Positions 1 to 15,500 of a stretch of 64,000 nucleotides of DNA are shown piece after piece. Within the stretch, counting starts at the first letter, position 1. The number at the start of each line of letters is the position of its first letter. The position numbers and the translations under genes are program-made. Under the pieces are notes generated by a model that searched no databases, was not told the origin of the DNA, and was given only the letters and a program-made list of their open reading frames with translations. The DNA is from Antedon mediterranea (taxonomy: Eukaryota > Animalia > Echinodermata): positions 9,915,812-9,979,811 of the forward strand of contig NC_092675.1 of NCBI RefSeq assembly GCF_964355755.1, in the 5' to 3' direction.

Positions 1-1523
1 GTGTCTCTAAACAGTTGTTTGGTCCCAGTGTAATACTAAATTCTAGTTTCATTGCAACAATATACTTTACAAAGTATAAATTCATGTTTTATGTCCTTAC
101 TATTATATTACAGGTTGGCATAAAATGTATTAAACAATTTGTTGGATTCAATTCCCAATTACATTACAATAAATATAGTATTAAGTTGTTTTGGTCCATC
201 TTACATTACTTGCTGCAACAAAATGCTCTGTATAGACCAATATCAATGCTCTGTATAGACCAATATCAATGCTCGGTATAAACATTCTTCATTTATGTAG
301 CTAATGCTATTATAATTTTTAAAAAGCGCAACATACATAAAAAGTGTAATTTGCAGCAGTCACACATTTGGCAGCGCATGCCTTTGGAATGGGACATATA
401 AAGGATAATTTTCTTTTTATTAGGATTGTTTATACTAGGCAAGCTGTTACACATACACCGATGCCATGATAAATGAAGATTTGCATATTATTACTTTGGT
501 ATATTCTACAAAGCATATTATAATTGCCATATCTGATTACTGAAATTGATTTTGTATGTATAGTATTTTGGTTTTTACAATTAGAAATTGGAAACTCATT
601 TTTAAATTACTTGATAAATTAGTTTTGTTACCGAGTATAGTTGATGTATGTGGGTGCATAAGATGTAGAGGTTTATGTTAGTATCAATTGGTGTACTGTA
701 GTACAGTATTGCATATTTTGGAGGACTACCAGAGTGAGCTACTGTCTGCTGAGATCAATTTGACCATTTGCACAAAAATGAAACAGATTTTATAGAAACC
801 TCACCTTTCAGTAGAGCGGTTACTGTATCATACATTTGTTTTTTCTTCTCAGATTAAATTCAACTTTAATTGAATTCTAAATGATACTATAACTACGCAA
901 TTAATCAAGAGAAAGTAGTATTTGCATTTCATCAACTTATTTAGTTGTTTATTCAGCTGATTGCCATTTGACTTTCATTTATGGCCCATGCCAGCATGAC
1001 ATTGGACTTACACATAACAGCTTACTTATTCCAAACTTAACAGAACTTTTACTGTATACTGTAATAGATAGATGGCAGTAGTACATACATACATTAACAT
1101 TATATCACACATTTCTATAACAAACTCATCATCATACTGTTTATAACATTATTGAAATAAAAAGTACATCTGTAGTACTGATAGTATAACTGTTAACATG
1201 AAGAAGATAAAAATTAGAATCATTAAGAATGAAATCGCTTTTCTTTCATGCTTAACACTGATTACATTTTACATCTAAAGTTTTTCCCTATGTTGACCCG
1301 CAATGCAACGATGGGGAAATGGACACTTTTGACACATAGTTTGTTGTTAATATACAAGTGGGAAATCCCCTATTAGGACGTGGATTTAATAACCTACAAA
1401 CTGGTTCTAACGACGCTATTTTTCTGTAGTTTGCAAAGGATTGTGTAACTTGACTGAAAAACTGCGAACTTTGATGTACCGGCGGGGGGAATTTTTACAA
1501 TTGAGAACATTAGAACAATAGAA

Positions 1524-1931
1524 AGAACAATATAAACAGGTCCATCCCAAATTACACTCATAGTGATGTTGTTCATGCCTTAGAACAATATAAACAGATC
1601 CATCCCAAATTACACTCATAGTGATGTTGTTCAGGCCTTAGAACAATATAAACAGGTCCATCCCAAATTACACTCATACTGATGTTGTTCAGGCCTTAGA
1701 ACAATATAAACAGGTCCATCCCAAATTACACTCATAGTGATGTTGTTCAGGCCTTAGAACAATATAAACAGGTCCATCCCAAATTACACTCATAGTGATG
1801 TTGTTCAGGCCTTAGAACAATATAAACAGATCCATCCCAAATTACACTCATAGTGATGTTGTTCAGGCCTTAGAACAATATAAACAGATCCATCCCAAAT
1901 TACACTCATAGTGATGTTGTTCAGGCCTTAG
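1524..1931. repeat. 58-bp tandem repeat, ~7 near-identical copies
   Basis: Unit CTTAGAACAATATAAACAGGTCCATCCCAAATTACACTCATAGTGATGTTGTTCAGGC recurs every 58 bp (e.g. 1579, 1637). Confidence 0.95.
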
Positions 1932-2182
1932 CCAGGAGAAATCTTTATTGTTCGGGAGAACCCCTTGACATTAGCATAGAACGCAAATGTGTTTACCGGC
2001 GGAAAAAGTAGGCTACGATCGTTTTGCAAATTGCGAGCGCGCTAATATTGTATTGTTATTTCCGGCCAAATAGAGGTGCCATTTATCATGATTTTTACTT
2101 GCGAGAGTATCATTTCCCGCCATCTAGTGGTGTCATTTAACAAAATTCGCTTTGCCACTGTCTGTAAGCTCAAATACGCAAT

Positions 2183-2248
2183 GCTGGGTCGCGAGAATTC
2201 CCAAAATAGGATCATGGGGTCGCAGTCAAAAAAGGTTGCGGAACACTG
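2183..2248. mobile_element. Possible terminus of a hAT/Charlie-like non-autonomous element (partner end not found)
   Basis: GGGTCGC...GGGGTCGCAGTCAAAAAAGGTTGCGGAACACTG resembles Charlie-type ends (reverse complement begins CAGTG); no matching TIR or TSD located. Confidence 0.35.
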
Positions 2249-5200
2249 ATCTACTCGATATACAATGTACCTGTATTATAAATGTTGAGTAATTATTTTC
2301 ATGAAATATTGATAAAAAATATGCAAAAATATAAATTTCATTCTATTAATTTATGCAAATGGTTGTTGATTTAGGAAACGGGTTTCATCATTCTATTTTA
2401 TACTTTGCAAATAAATGATGTGTATTTGTGTTGCAGCTTATATGAAAACAAGATTAACAATATGCGCGTGTGGATAAACATTTTTTGAGCAACTAATGAC
2501 CTTTTACATAATGACATGGTTGAATGATTATGAATACGATCAGTAATCAATAGTTAAACGGTAAACCTGATTTAGCTGTTGCAAAAAAAACATATTTGAT
2601 CGACAAATACAATGACAGAAAATCCATGGTCTATTATCGTTGATTTGAATATAGTATTATCTCGTTTTGTTTCACTCATCAACACAACAGTCATTGTATA
2701 AATATGATGATAATTTGTTGAGTATGTATTTACCTTAATTTACAATACTTTTATATCACAGTATTGTTTATAGTACTGTATAATGTATATATGATAAATG
2801 AAACCAATCTTAGCCATATCCGATCCATTTTCATATAGGATTAGGAATTTAATGAATTACAGTTTACAGTATGGTTATCATTATTCTATGTCATTTTATT
2901 TCAGTATACAAAATTGGTAAACAAGCATGTCATCATTAATTGACATTGATAGATAATTTTACAAACTGATAATTCATACTGATAAAACCTTGTCATCAAA
3001 ATTCTTAGTTCAATTTGATCTCCTTATTTAAACTTTATAATGCTAACTTTGTAATCTTTATAATGGTTCTTTAATCTCTGAAATTAGTAAGTGACCTTTA
3101 GGCTGGATATTAATAAAGACCTCAATATATAACTCTACAGGTGTAAAATTTGTCTTGGTATGTATATCAGAGGGGTACAATGGTGCACCCCCTTTTATAG
3201 GTGAGATTTGACCAGGTGAGATGGAAATTAGTTTCAGGTGGTATGTATTAGTTTCACCATTATGTCAGTATGAGATATGTAATTTTAATATTATAAAATC
3301 AGTGACATTATAAAATGTGTAATTTAGTCCTCCATCAGTCTATGTTGTCCACAATACACAATATGTACCTCAACTATTATTTTATAAACAGTAAGAAAAG
3401 CTAGATTATCAATTGAAAGATATGTTTTAATATTATGGTTATTAAAAAACAATTAATTTTAAATGACTTTACTGTATAGTAGTAGTAGTACAGTAGATAG
3501 TAGGACTGTGAACATTTGTACCTAGTTTGTGATTGGATAATAACTTGAACTTGACCTCTGGTATGTAACCAGGCTCATCAGTGACATCAAAAAGGTCACT
3601 TGCAACAGTCCTGCTTAAATTTCAACCTCCTGGGATGCATAGGCATTAATATTTTGATCTTTTGGCTTTCACTAGCCTTCCTGGAATTCAATTGACAGCA
3701 CTAGAGAGAGAGTATCTAACACCAGTGCACATTCTAGAGGGCACGTTTATACAATATTCTAGAGGCCTGTTTATACCCTATTACACGCATATTTAACATG
3801 CCTACGAAAAGTGATTGTATAACAAAGAGATTCCGTGTAATGAGATTTTAAATGCAAAAAAAGCTACTTGTTTGAATCCCAACATTTGTAGTGTCCCCAG
3901 GGTATTGTTTTGACCTCTCATTAAATAAAAGTATGTGCTGTGAATATTTTGACCAAATCTAGTACATATTGTGCTTTTTTGCATATTTTACTTTAAAACC
4001 AATTTAGCAATTAACATTATCGCTAATAAAATATTGGCATAATTTGGCAAATTTTAACATAGTTTTATTATCCTAATTTAAAACATTTTTTTTTAATTTC
4101 AAAAGCAGATTTAAATTAAACAAACATAACTTTTAAGTATCATACTTTGATAAATCCTTATAAACTCATATTTTAACCCATATTGCATATTAATACTGTA
4201 TACATGAGGAAAATACAAATTGAATATACTGATTGTCTTGTCTCATACTACTTTAATTAAAATATCAATATAACCTGTTCAACTGTTACACATATGACCT
4301 GCCTATTTATTATTAGGACATGTCTTCTATAACATTATCTATGTCCTTATAAAGCAGGGCACATTCATTAAACAACCCATGGAGTTAAAGCCATCTCCAA
4401 CTGAGAACCATCCAACACCAATTAATCAATCAATCATTTCAATTAAGTTGAATTCAAGATATATCATACTGTCTGCTATTCAAAACTTTCCAAAGTTAAA
4501 GAATGTTTTTTCTTGCTATTGAATAAGAATTATTTAGACTATTATTAGACAGGCGTCTAATGATTTGGATCCAGTGTGTTGTCCCAGCATCTTGCAGATC
4601 ATTATTTCCGAATCTTATCACTTAATCAGCAGGATATGATTTCTTTAAGATATAATACAGATTTACAGATTATGTATAGTAGTAGTATACTGCCAGAGAG
4701 AGATGTAATATGTTTTCAGTTCTGTACATTACATGCGTTTTATTTGTCCTTACATTTAATTAGTATTGAATATGGTTTTAAATATTAGTAGAGGGCAGTG
4801 TTCAGATAGCTAATTATTAGCATCAGGGATAAAATAGTTTTCTAGTGTCTAAATTGACACCATAACACCAAAAAAGTGAAATTTCCACTGGTTTGTGTAT
4901 TTGCTCTTCAGAATGTTATTACAGTATTTAACAAAAAGATAAATAAAAAATAGTAAAAACTAAAATATTTGTCAAAATACACAGATTAACAGAAGGCCCA
5001 TATGAGGATACAGATAACTCTATATTTTAATAACAAGCTTTTGTTACATCACTAATATATCGATTATCATGAAAATCAATAGTGGTCTTTTAGTATATAG
5101 CTATAGCTATTTGCAAAATAAAAGAAATCAAGACTCAATAAAAAAAAATTATGGACATTATCGTGCAAACATAAATGACATTATTTTACCGATTTTTTTT

Positions 5201-7003
5201 GTATGTAATCGGTATCATTGTTTCATGCTGTACTGTGCTGGAGAATGGAGCAGGTGCAAATGGTTCCTCTGCTTTTCTTATTCTTTGGGTTATCTTAGGA
5301 TTTTTTATTTTGTGCGTAAAGCTTTGTCAAACTTTATCAAACTTTCTGTGACAAAAAAAAATGTGATGTGCCCATATATGGGACATGATGATGTCATATT
5401 GCTACCATATTTGGGCATAGCACACTTTTTTGTGAAACTAGTTTGATAGTGTACAGTAGATATAGCTTAAAGCAGTTAGAAACATTGTATTATAGTCACT
5501 ATATAAGACTACTAATACTATTATTATTATTCACTACTGAAGAAGAGGCTATCATGTAAAATATCATAGTGATCATAATTGAAAATGAAATTAGGAAAAT
5601 TCCACAGGCGTTGATAGCACCATACATGTACAAAATATTTCTTCTCAATATTATTTCGATATTCAGTAGTATCCTTATCTTTTGTCCCAAGGCCATACAT
5701 ACATTGTATGCTACTCTTTATAAACAGAAACACTTGATAATATTTGCCAGAGGCTATATAGTAGCCTACAGGGGGGAGATAGTCAATTCTAATTTGATGA
5801 TTATACAATCTATCTATGTAGTATAGTTATAGTATGTGTCAAATCTTATGTAGGCCTAGTTATAACATTGTATGAATCAACCAAAGTTGATAATACCAGG
5901 GAAGATATAATTTTACTCTTTCCCGATAATTAATGCTCCATGTTAATACTAGGGCTATTGTGAATTATTATTATGGGGGGATTGATGAATTTAACATATG
6001 CAGTCAAGTTTAGTTAGTGTTAAATTTTGATAAAGAAATTCACAATACCCTATGCTTGTGGATACCAGCTATACTGGGGAATTCCATGGTGCAGAGATTT
6101 TTTATTTCATTTTAACGTTAAATTAATTAAAGATTATGATTTTATGTAGTATTAGTTTTATTATTTAAATAGTATTATATAAACATTATTTTTTACCTTT
6201 AAAATGTGATACAGAAAATGTATTTCAAACATTTCTGAAAATAAAAAAAAAACAAAAAGGATAAATTTAAGAGATATCAAGTTCCAATAAAACAATTTTT
6301 AAACAAAATTACAAAGTTATCAAATTTTGTAATTCTGTAAACAAAAAAGTAGCTTTTTTATGTAAATTATCAGTACAAATGCAAATCAAGCATGTGTATA
6401 TGTATCAGAATAAAATAGCTATTTTTTAATCTGTTTCCATCCACTAGCTTTTTGACATCCACCCCTAGACTCATGACTCGTGCAGATCCGGAGAAATTGG
6501 GGACATTTTTTCATTGTTGTACAGTATATCACACTGAAAAATGGCACCCTTGTCTGTACAGGGTTAGCACATGTACAGTACTTACGTATACTGTTATGTG
6601 ATTGATCATTGCTGAAAATACTGTATATATTATTGCAGACTGAATCTATTAAAATAAATACCTTTAGTTAAATAAATATAGGCATTCTATACACGCTATT
6701 GCATAGGCTGAATATTTTCATGTTGAAGAAGCAAGTCTCAAATGAGAATAAGCAAACATTAACAGCTAAATAATGACTATACTGTAATAGAAATGTCAAT
6801 AAAAATAAATGTTTGTTTATGCCAATCCTTTCAATGCTTTATTTGTATACAAATTTGATTGACAAGATACACTGTAGAATCTATAATATTTGTCATACAA
6901 CATTATATCATCAGTGTCGTAACACAGGAGGAATGCCCCTGGATTAGCACTCCTAAGAAGCCCTCCAACGCTGGGTAGTTGCATTGCAGATACTCATGCT
7001 CTG

Positions 7004-7133
7004 TGCCCCCTTGAGCTCTGGACCCCTTAAGCTCTGGTGCCCCTTGAGCTCTGGGCCACCTTGAGATCTGGGCCCTTTGAGCTCTAGGCCACCTTGAGAT
7101 CTGGGGCCCCTTGAGCTCTGGAGCTCTGGGGCC
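7004..7133. repeat. Degenerate ~17-18 bp GC-rich minisatellite
   Basis: About 7 variants of GCCCCTTGAGCTCTGG; explains the repetitive ORF 6953..7186. Confidence 0.8.
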
Positions 7134-7849
7134 TGTGGTTTTTCCAGTGAGCGCTTATTGTCATTCAGCCAATGTATATCATACAAAATGTGTAGCTAAA
7201 GGTTTCAGCAAAAAAAAAGCCATTCAGTTAATACGATTTCATTATTTTAATAAAAATATATAATATAAAATTCATGTAATCAATATTATGGACTTGCAGA
7301 TTTAATTATCAACTGTAGGACCTAATATTCAGTTCTCTGATTCAATACCTCATTCTTAGAAATTATAATTCATGCTATAAACAAGACATTTTTAAAGGTT
7401 TAAATGTTTTCTATTATTATTATTATTATTATTATTATTCTATATGCTTCAAAGTGTGTTCCATGAAAATTGGACTTTTGAACTTAAACTTTTGAGTATA
7501 TTACAAGTACAGTTATCATTAGATGATATAAATACTCTGTAGAGCACCCTCTGTTGGCCAGCTTCATTGAACTGACAACAATCAATTACCTTTTAAATCT
7601 AATGTAGCGAAGGTAAACCATGGTAAATGTATGATATCTGTCTACAGATGAAGGAGGACCTGCAGCTTCAGTAGCTTCTGTTTACAGTACCACTTTTGGA
7701 TATTTATAGGCTGTGAGTATTTTATCATTCAGTATGTTATTTAATGAGAAAAATGTGCATTTTGTTATTTTTCTTGTAGCTTCTGAAATTCACTATGGTT
7801 TTTTTAAAAAAAGATTATATATCACATATGTCAAATGTGTTGTTTGTTA

Positions 7850-8005
7850 TTAAAGCCAATAGACCTACGTTTTTTACCCAATTTAAGGTCACACTACAAT
7901 TTATGTAAAAATAAATACTATATGGACCTTTCGCGATATTTTTAAAAATTTTTAATGGTTAAGTGTGACAAATATGTCAATTCTAATAATTATTTTTAGC
8001 GGTCA
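7850..8005. mobile_element. Truncated copy of the TTAA-flanked (Kolobok-like) MITE at 17836-18490, opposite orientation
   Basis: TTAAAGCCAATAGACCTACG...CACACTACAATTTATGTAAAAATAAATACT matches the reverse complement of ~18335-18490. Confidence 0.65.
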
Positions 8006-9257
8006 TTTATAAATTCAAATGTGTATTAATTGCATTATGATGAATTGTAAATGCACCCATTTGCAACATATGAATGAGTGAAAGCTCAACAATTAATACC
8101 TCTAATAAAAATCGTATTATACGTTGAGCTATTGATCATTGCTTGTATGCTTAGGCAAGACACTTTACTTAATGTTTGCCTCTCTCCACCCAGGTGTGTA
8201 CAACTTTTTGCTGATTATTAGCTGGTGCATTGGTGGAGTATGTTTCCATGTTGTGTGTTTGATCCAAACATTGCTAGGCTAATAATATGCACAGTGCTTA
8301 GAGGTTTCACAATTTTAGGCGCTTTATAAATCTAGGATATTATAATTTTTGTTACTGTCTCTGATGATACAATGATTGAGGTTTACAGCCTATGATCTTT
8401 ATAAACTGACCTGAAGCCTTTTCTCCTGCAAAGGAGAACAAAACTCCTATTCCCTAAATACTATAAGGTCCTATTGTGATAACTTTTTTTGTCTTGTTGA
8501 TTCTAATATCCATTTGCATTGCGCGCGGATTGATATTTTCGTTTTTCTTCAGTAATTCACCCACTTTTCGATCGATCGTGAAACAAAGACTGTAGTATCG
8601 TCTGTGAGCTGTCCATACTCTGTGAACATTTCATTTCTTACTCATGGTCTTGTCAGAACATCGCAAAATCTATGAAAGATTTGCTAACAGTAACACAGTG
8701 GCATGTATATCCACTTTCATTCATTTCATTTGCCATTAGAGGAAACTTGCTTGATGATTTCATAAAAATTGGTATAAAAAACTGCAATCTGATGCCCATC
8801 TAGATTTTGTAAATATTAAAAAAGTCTTACAAATAGCCAAGTACATTATATTATTAGGTACTGTATACTCATTTAAATTAAAAGAATTTTTTTTCAAAAC
8901 CAATTACCTATTTACTTTAAAATTAACCTTACTAAAGTCATTCGCAATATTATTGTCCTCTAATGACCCATATGCATGCAGTTTTCTATAATAAATAATC
9001 CCTTATTTATCTAGTGTTTGCATTTTAAGCTTTCTATTCAAACTATCATATACAATAAAAACAATTAGTATTTTCTTTGACGTGGAAATTGATGGTAAAT
9101 TAGGTAAATGTTGAGGATTTTTGTTAATTAACGACCTTCAATGTAATTGTCGCATATAATGCCGGTCTACAGGTATAGTGCATTTACATATTCGTATTTA
9201 ACTTCACATCAGTCGACATTATCTGCACATGTTTTTGAGTGCGCAGAATAACTTTCT

Positions 9258-10134
9258 CGCCCGTATTCATAAACCGGACTTTAGTCGTAGTTCGAGCTAA
9301 AACTTTAAAAATGACGTCATTTTAATTCATAAACCGAACTTCAACTAAATCGCCGACTAAATCAGGCCAACCTCGACTAAATTGAGAAGGATTTTGATCG
9401 ATTTTTTTTAGTCCTGGAGGGGGCAGGCTAAATGGTCGACTAAATGGTTTTTAAACGATGTTTATGAAAAACGTAACAGTCATTGAGTTGTTATATTTGC
9501 CAGATATTGAAGAATGAAATATCTATTTTTATATTAGCTTAAATTATACATTGGTATGAGTTATAATAACGAAAATCATCTTTATTTACAACCAAATACA
9601 AATTACATTATTTTCTTCGCGCAAGAAGTCCGACTTGAACTACGTCACACCATAGCGACAATGGGAGATGCGGAAATTCACCATGCGATGGTATGTTTAG
9701 GGGGCCTAGCGCTTTCTAGAAAATATGAAGGTTACTGTACCGCCATGGTTCCTAAATATATTTTGAAGATTTTGTTTGTTGTTAATCAAAAGTACTTCAC
9801 TGTTAAATTAATACTGATCTTGTTCTAATAATTAACGATTAAAATTATTTTTTATGTATATAGTCCGGATGCGTAAACAGTTTTGTAAGAAAATTGAAAG
9901 TAATATCAATGCGCAAAATTTCGTCTGCTCCTCAAATACTCTCTTGTCATTGGCCAATGTATAGTCTTTGTTACCCAGACGTGTGAAACTCGACTAAAAG
10001 CTCGACTTCATTAAGTCGAACTGCAAACGTCGACTACTTCACCTATGAATCAAATTTTAAGTAATAGCTCGAACTACGACTTTTTCAAGTCGAACTTCGA
10101 ACTACGACTAAAGTCCGGTTTAAGAATACGGGTG
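9258..10134. mobile_element. Non-autonomous PIF/Harbinger-like MITE
   Basis: ~36-bp TIRs (CCCGTATTCATAAACCGGACTTTAGTCGTAGTTCGA / TCGAACTACGACTAAAGTCCGGTTTAAGAATACGGG) and 3-bp TSD TCT (9255-9257, 10135-10137); no coding capacity. Confidence 0.8.
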
Positions 10135-12542
10135 TCTGACTTGGCAGTTGTGTAGTTGCTTGGCAAGTCATGAAAATGAAATGCTTTGTTTTGACACTCT
10201 TTTATGGTTAGTAAACTGTAAAGATGTCTTTTGGTGATGTGTGGATCATTGATAATCATTATTTTTTACCAGCGTTTCACATAATTTCATGCCAAATTAT
10301 AATTTTGCGTAGCTTTTTTTGTGTATACAATTAATACCCCCAATACCAGACATATACATTCTGATTTTCCAGAAAGTCTGGTATTCAGAATGTTTTTTTT
10401 AATGGTAAAAATGAATTTGGAACCTTTTGGGCCTTGAGAATAGTCTGGTTTTGGGAGAGTTACTTTTTTTGTCTGTTTCGGGTGGCTCCTCTGGTTCCTT
10501 TTTTTAGTGCCTTTGCACTGCTAACTGTATATGCTAAAATTTAATATGATACACTATTAATATTATCACTATATTGCCATTTGAAATTAAACTCTCATCA
10601 GCTTTTATGCTAATGAACCAGAGTCCGCTTATTAATGAGTCATCACCTTGTAAATTATCTTGTATAACTTCACATATTCTGTCCAAAACATTTTGATAAG
10701 TGTGTATTATAGCTCATTATGTATACTGGTAACCGGTAGTAACGACCAATACTTGAGTATTCCCTTCCAGAGGGAGAGCTATAATTGCTTTTCTAAATAT
10801 AGTTAGTGCCTGGAGGATGCTATCCATACTTTGTTTTCATCAGTGTAATATAGCCAAAAGTTGTGAATTGTTTTCACATTGACCTAATGACAACTATCTG
10901 ATATATCACAAAAAGTGCTTTCAAATGAACGAGTTAATTAACAAAATAAACCATCAAACATTTAGGTGGTAATGACCTTTGATAGAGTTTAAAACTATAT
11001 TTGTACACTCTGGCATTTAGTTTTAAATTTATTTGTACAATTGCAATAGAAATTTTTATTTTTTTAAATTAATAAATTACATAAAATAAATATTTATTTT
11101 CAAAAAAACAGTTGCAGGTAACATATTATTTTCTGTTTACTGTATGAATAAAATAAAAAATGAACATTATTTCATTTCAGTCTTGTACTGGCTGCCTATA
11201 TTTGTATTAATATTACATTCGTAACTTGAAATTCACATGGATATGTAATCAAAATCTTCTGAAAAATTATTTTCTCATAAAATATAATAATTTGGTCTAA
11301 TGATTTTTTAAAAATAATAAAGTTTCTGGTTGGTATAACAAATATATTCTTTGTTATAGTTTACACAGCTATAAAGTTGTAATATGCTCCAATTTATTTA
11401 CTATTTTAACGTAGAAACATACTGTAATAAGAATAAACCTTTTCATAATAATATTTCTAAAATGCTTTACTGTCAATTGTCAATTACAACAGCCAATTTA
11501 TTCCTTTTCTTATATTTTTTATATTACACATTGACAGTAAATTAATTTACAACCAAAAACTTCTTTTATCAGCCAAATATTTGTTCCTTTTAGTTATAAG
11601 ATCATCTTGATCATCACACTAATTAAAAGACAAATGTTTCAAAGTAGTGTACAGTGTCCTATTATTTAGGTATCTAGAGTATGATTTTATCACTCTACAG
11701 TCATTGTTTGATATAATTTTGTTATTGCCTACAGTCCTATACCCCTCATATTTCCCATACCAAGCATACTTTTAATATATGAATATTCATTAAATATGGT
11801 AATTGCCATCCTAGGAGGAAACCCCCATTCTCAACACTGTTGATTAAAACACATGGGAGGGTCAAGTCTAATACAATTACTGGGTCATCTTGGCTATAAG
11901 CAGGTGTACAGTAGGTAAGCACTTGGAATACAACCTTAGGCATATTTCTTTACATCACAAGTACTTGTGTTTTTTATATCATCAGTGGATATTATATACT
12001 GTGAGCATACAGCCAGTTACCAATTACCCTAGCTTTGTTCATCTTGTCTCTGTGTCCTGATTTGGTGAGTAGTGTTGATTCTGTGGAATGTTTGATGAAT
12101 TCTTAGCCCACAAGCGCTATTTAAATTGTGATTTTAGATCTGGGTTTCTTGACTTCATAACCAAATTTAGTGTGTATACTATATATCTAAAAATCACCAT
12201 TGTTGCAGTTTACTGCCAGCCAATTCCATAAGCAGTATTGTATTTGTATGCATCATTAAAACATCAAGTGTGTTGTTTTTTTTATTATTATGTATTCTAT
12301 GATAGTAATACTCTATGTTCTATATGCAAAGATGTATAATATAATACCATCTGTACATTCTATGCATGATACATTCATGTAATCACGTATGTTAATGTAT
12401 CTTGGTAATAAAACAAAAGAAGTTTTATTTGAAGTGCAATTTGATTATTGTTGAATTCAAGAAAAATGTTATTCATACTGAAATTATATATCATGTAACC
12501 ATGGAGACAACATTTGTATGTTTGGTATTTGCTTCCAGGAAG

Positions 12543-15500
12543 AATTTATATTACCTCATACCTCATATCAATTGTTTGGTTAAAGACACTAGACCAGCAA
12601 TTTATATTACCTCATACCTCATATCAATTGTTTGGTTGAAGACACCAGACCAGTAATTTATATTACTTCATACCTCATTCATATCAATTGTTTGGTTAAG
12701 ACACTAGACCAGTAATTTATATTACCTCATACCTCATATCAATTGTTTGGTTAAGACACTAGACCAGCAATTTATATTACCTCATACCTCATATCAATTG
12801 TTTGGTTAAGACACTAGACCAGCAATTTATATTACCTCATACCTCATATCAATTGTTTGGTTAAGACACTAGACCAGTAATTTATATTACCTCCATACCT
12901 CATATCAATTGTTTTGGTTAAGACACTAGACTGCCAATTTATATTACCTCATACCTCATATCAATTGTTTGGTTAAAGACACTAGACCAGCAATTTATAT
13001 TACTTCATACCTCATATCAATTGTTTGGTTAAAGACACTAGACCAGTAATTTATATTACCTCATACCTCATATCAATTGTTTGGTTAAAGACACTAGACC
13101 AGCAATTTATATTACTTCATACCTCATATCAATTGTTTGGTTAAGACACTAGACCAGCAATTTATATTACTTCATACCTCATATCAATTGTTTGGTTAAA
13201 GACACTAGACCAGCAATTTATATTACCTCCATACCTCATATCAATTGTTTGGTTAACTAGACCAGCAATTTATATTACTTCATACCTCATATCAATTGTT
13301 TGGTTAAGACACTAGACCAGCAATTTATATTACTTCATACCTCATATCAATTATTTGGTTAAAGACACTAGACCAGCAATTTATATTACTTCATACCTCA
13401 TATCAATTGTTTGGTTGAAGACACTAAACCAGTAATTTATATTACCTCCATACCTCATATCAATTGTTTGGTTAAAGACACTAGACCAGCAATTTATATT
13501 ACCTCATACCTCATATCAATTGTTTGGTTAAAGACACTAGACCAGCAATTTATATTACCTCCATACCTCATATCAATTGTTTGGTTAAAGAAACTAGACC
13601 AGCAATTTATATTACTTCATACCTCATATCAATTGTTTGGTTAAGACACTAGACCAGCAATTTATATTACCTCATACCTCATATCAATTGTTTGGTTAAA
13701 GAAACTAGACCAGCAATTTATATTACTTCATACCTCATATCAATTGTTTGGTTAAAGACACTAGACCAGCAATTTATATTACCTCATACCTCATATCAAT
13801 TGTTTGGTTAAAGAAACTAGACCAGCAATTTATATTACTTCATACCTCATATCAATTGTTTGGTTAAGACACTAGACCAGCAATTTATATTACTTCATAC
13901 CTCATATCAATTGTTTGGTTAAAGACACTAGACCAGTAATTTATATTACCTCCATACCTCATATCAATTGTTTGGTTAAAGAAACTAGACCAGCAATTTA
14001 TATTACCTCATACCTCATATCAATTGTTTGGTTAAAGACACTAGACCAGCAATTTATATTACCTCCATACCTCATATCAATTGTATGGTTAAAGAAACTA
14101 GACCAGCAATTTATATTACTTCATACCTCATATCAATTGTTTGGTTAAAGAAACTAGACCAGCAATTTATATTACTTCATACCTCATATCAATTGTATGG
14201 TTAAAGACACTAGACCAGCAATTTATATTACCTCCATACCTCATATCAATTGTTTGGTTAAAGAAACTAGACCAGCAATTTATATTACCTCCATACCTCA
14301 TATCAATTGTTTGGTTAAGACACTAGACCAGCAATTTATATTACCTCATACCTCATATCAATTGTTTGGTTAAAGACACTAGACCGCCAATTTATATTAC
14401 CTCCATACCTCATATCAATTGTTTGGTTAAGACACTAGACTGCCAATTTATATTACCTCCATACCTCATATCAATTGTTTGGTTAAGACACTAGACCAGC
14501 AATTTATATTACCTCATACCTCATATCAATTGTTTGGTTAAAGACACTAGACCAGCAATTTATATTACCTCATACCTCATATCAATTGTTTGGTTAAGAC
14601 ACTAGACCAGCAATTTATATTACTTCATACCTCATATCAATTGTTTGGTTAAAGACACTAGATCAGCAATTTATATTACCTCATACCTCATATCAATTGT
14701 TTGGTTAAAGACACTAGACCAGCAATTTATATTACCTCATACCTCATATCAATTGTTTGGTTAAAGACACTAGACCGCCAATTTATATTACCTCATACCT
14801 CATATCAATTGTTTGGTTAAAGACACTAGACCAGCAATTTATATTACCTCATACCTCATATCAATTGTTTGGTTAAAGACACTAGACCAGCAATTTATAT
14901 TACCTCATACCTCATATCAATTGTTTGGTTAAAGACACTAGACCAGCAATTTATATTACTTCATACCTTATATCAATTGTTTGGTTAAAGACACTAGACC
15001 GCCAATTTATATTACCTCATACCTCATATCAATTGTTTGGTTAAAGACACTAAACCAGCAATTTATATTACCTCATACCTCATATCAATTGTTTGGTTAA
15101 AGACACTAGACCAGCAATTTATATTACTTCATACCTCATATCAATTGTTTGGTTAAAGACACTAGACCAGCAATTTATATTACCTCATACCTCATATCAA
15201 TTGTTTGGTTAAAGACACTAAACCAGCAATTTATATTACCTCATACCTCATATCAATTGTTTGGTTAAAGACACTAGACTAGCAATTTATATTACCTCAT
15301 ACCTCATATCAATTGTTTGGTTAAAGACACTAGACCAGCAATTTATATTACCTCATACCTCATATCAATTGTTTGGTTAAAGACACTAGACCAGCAATTT
15401 ATATTACTTCATACCTTATATCAATTGTTTGGTTAAAGACACTAGACCGCCAATTTATATTACCTCATACCTCATATCAATTGTTTGGTTAAAGACACTA

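Noticed and set aside
5069-5826. Cluster of 65-125 aa ORFs
   Set aside because: AT-rich composition, no motifs or splice-consistent structure; expected by chance.
7648-7712. Possible exon (acag|ATG...GCT|gtgagt)
   Set aside because: Stops in all three frames; no support as coding, and a non-coding exon cannot be shown from sequence alone.
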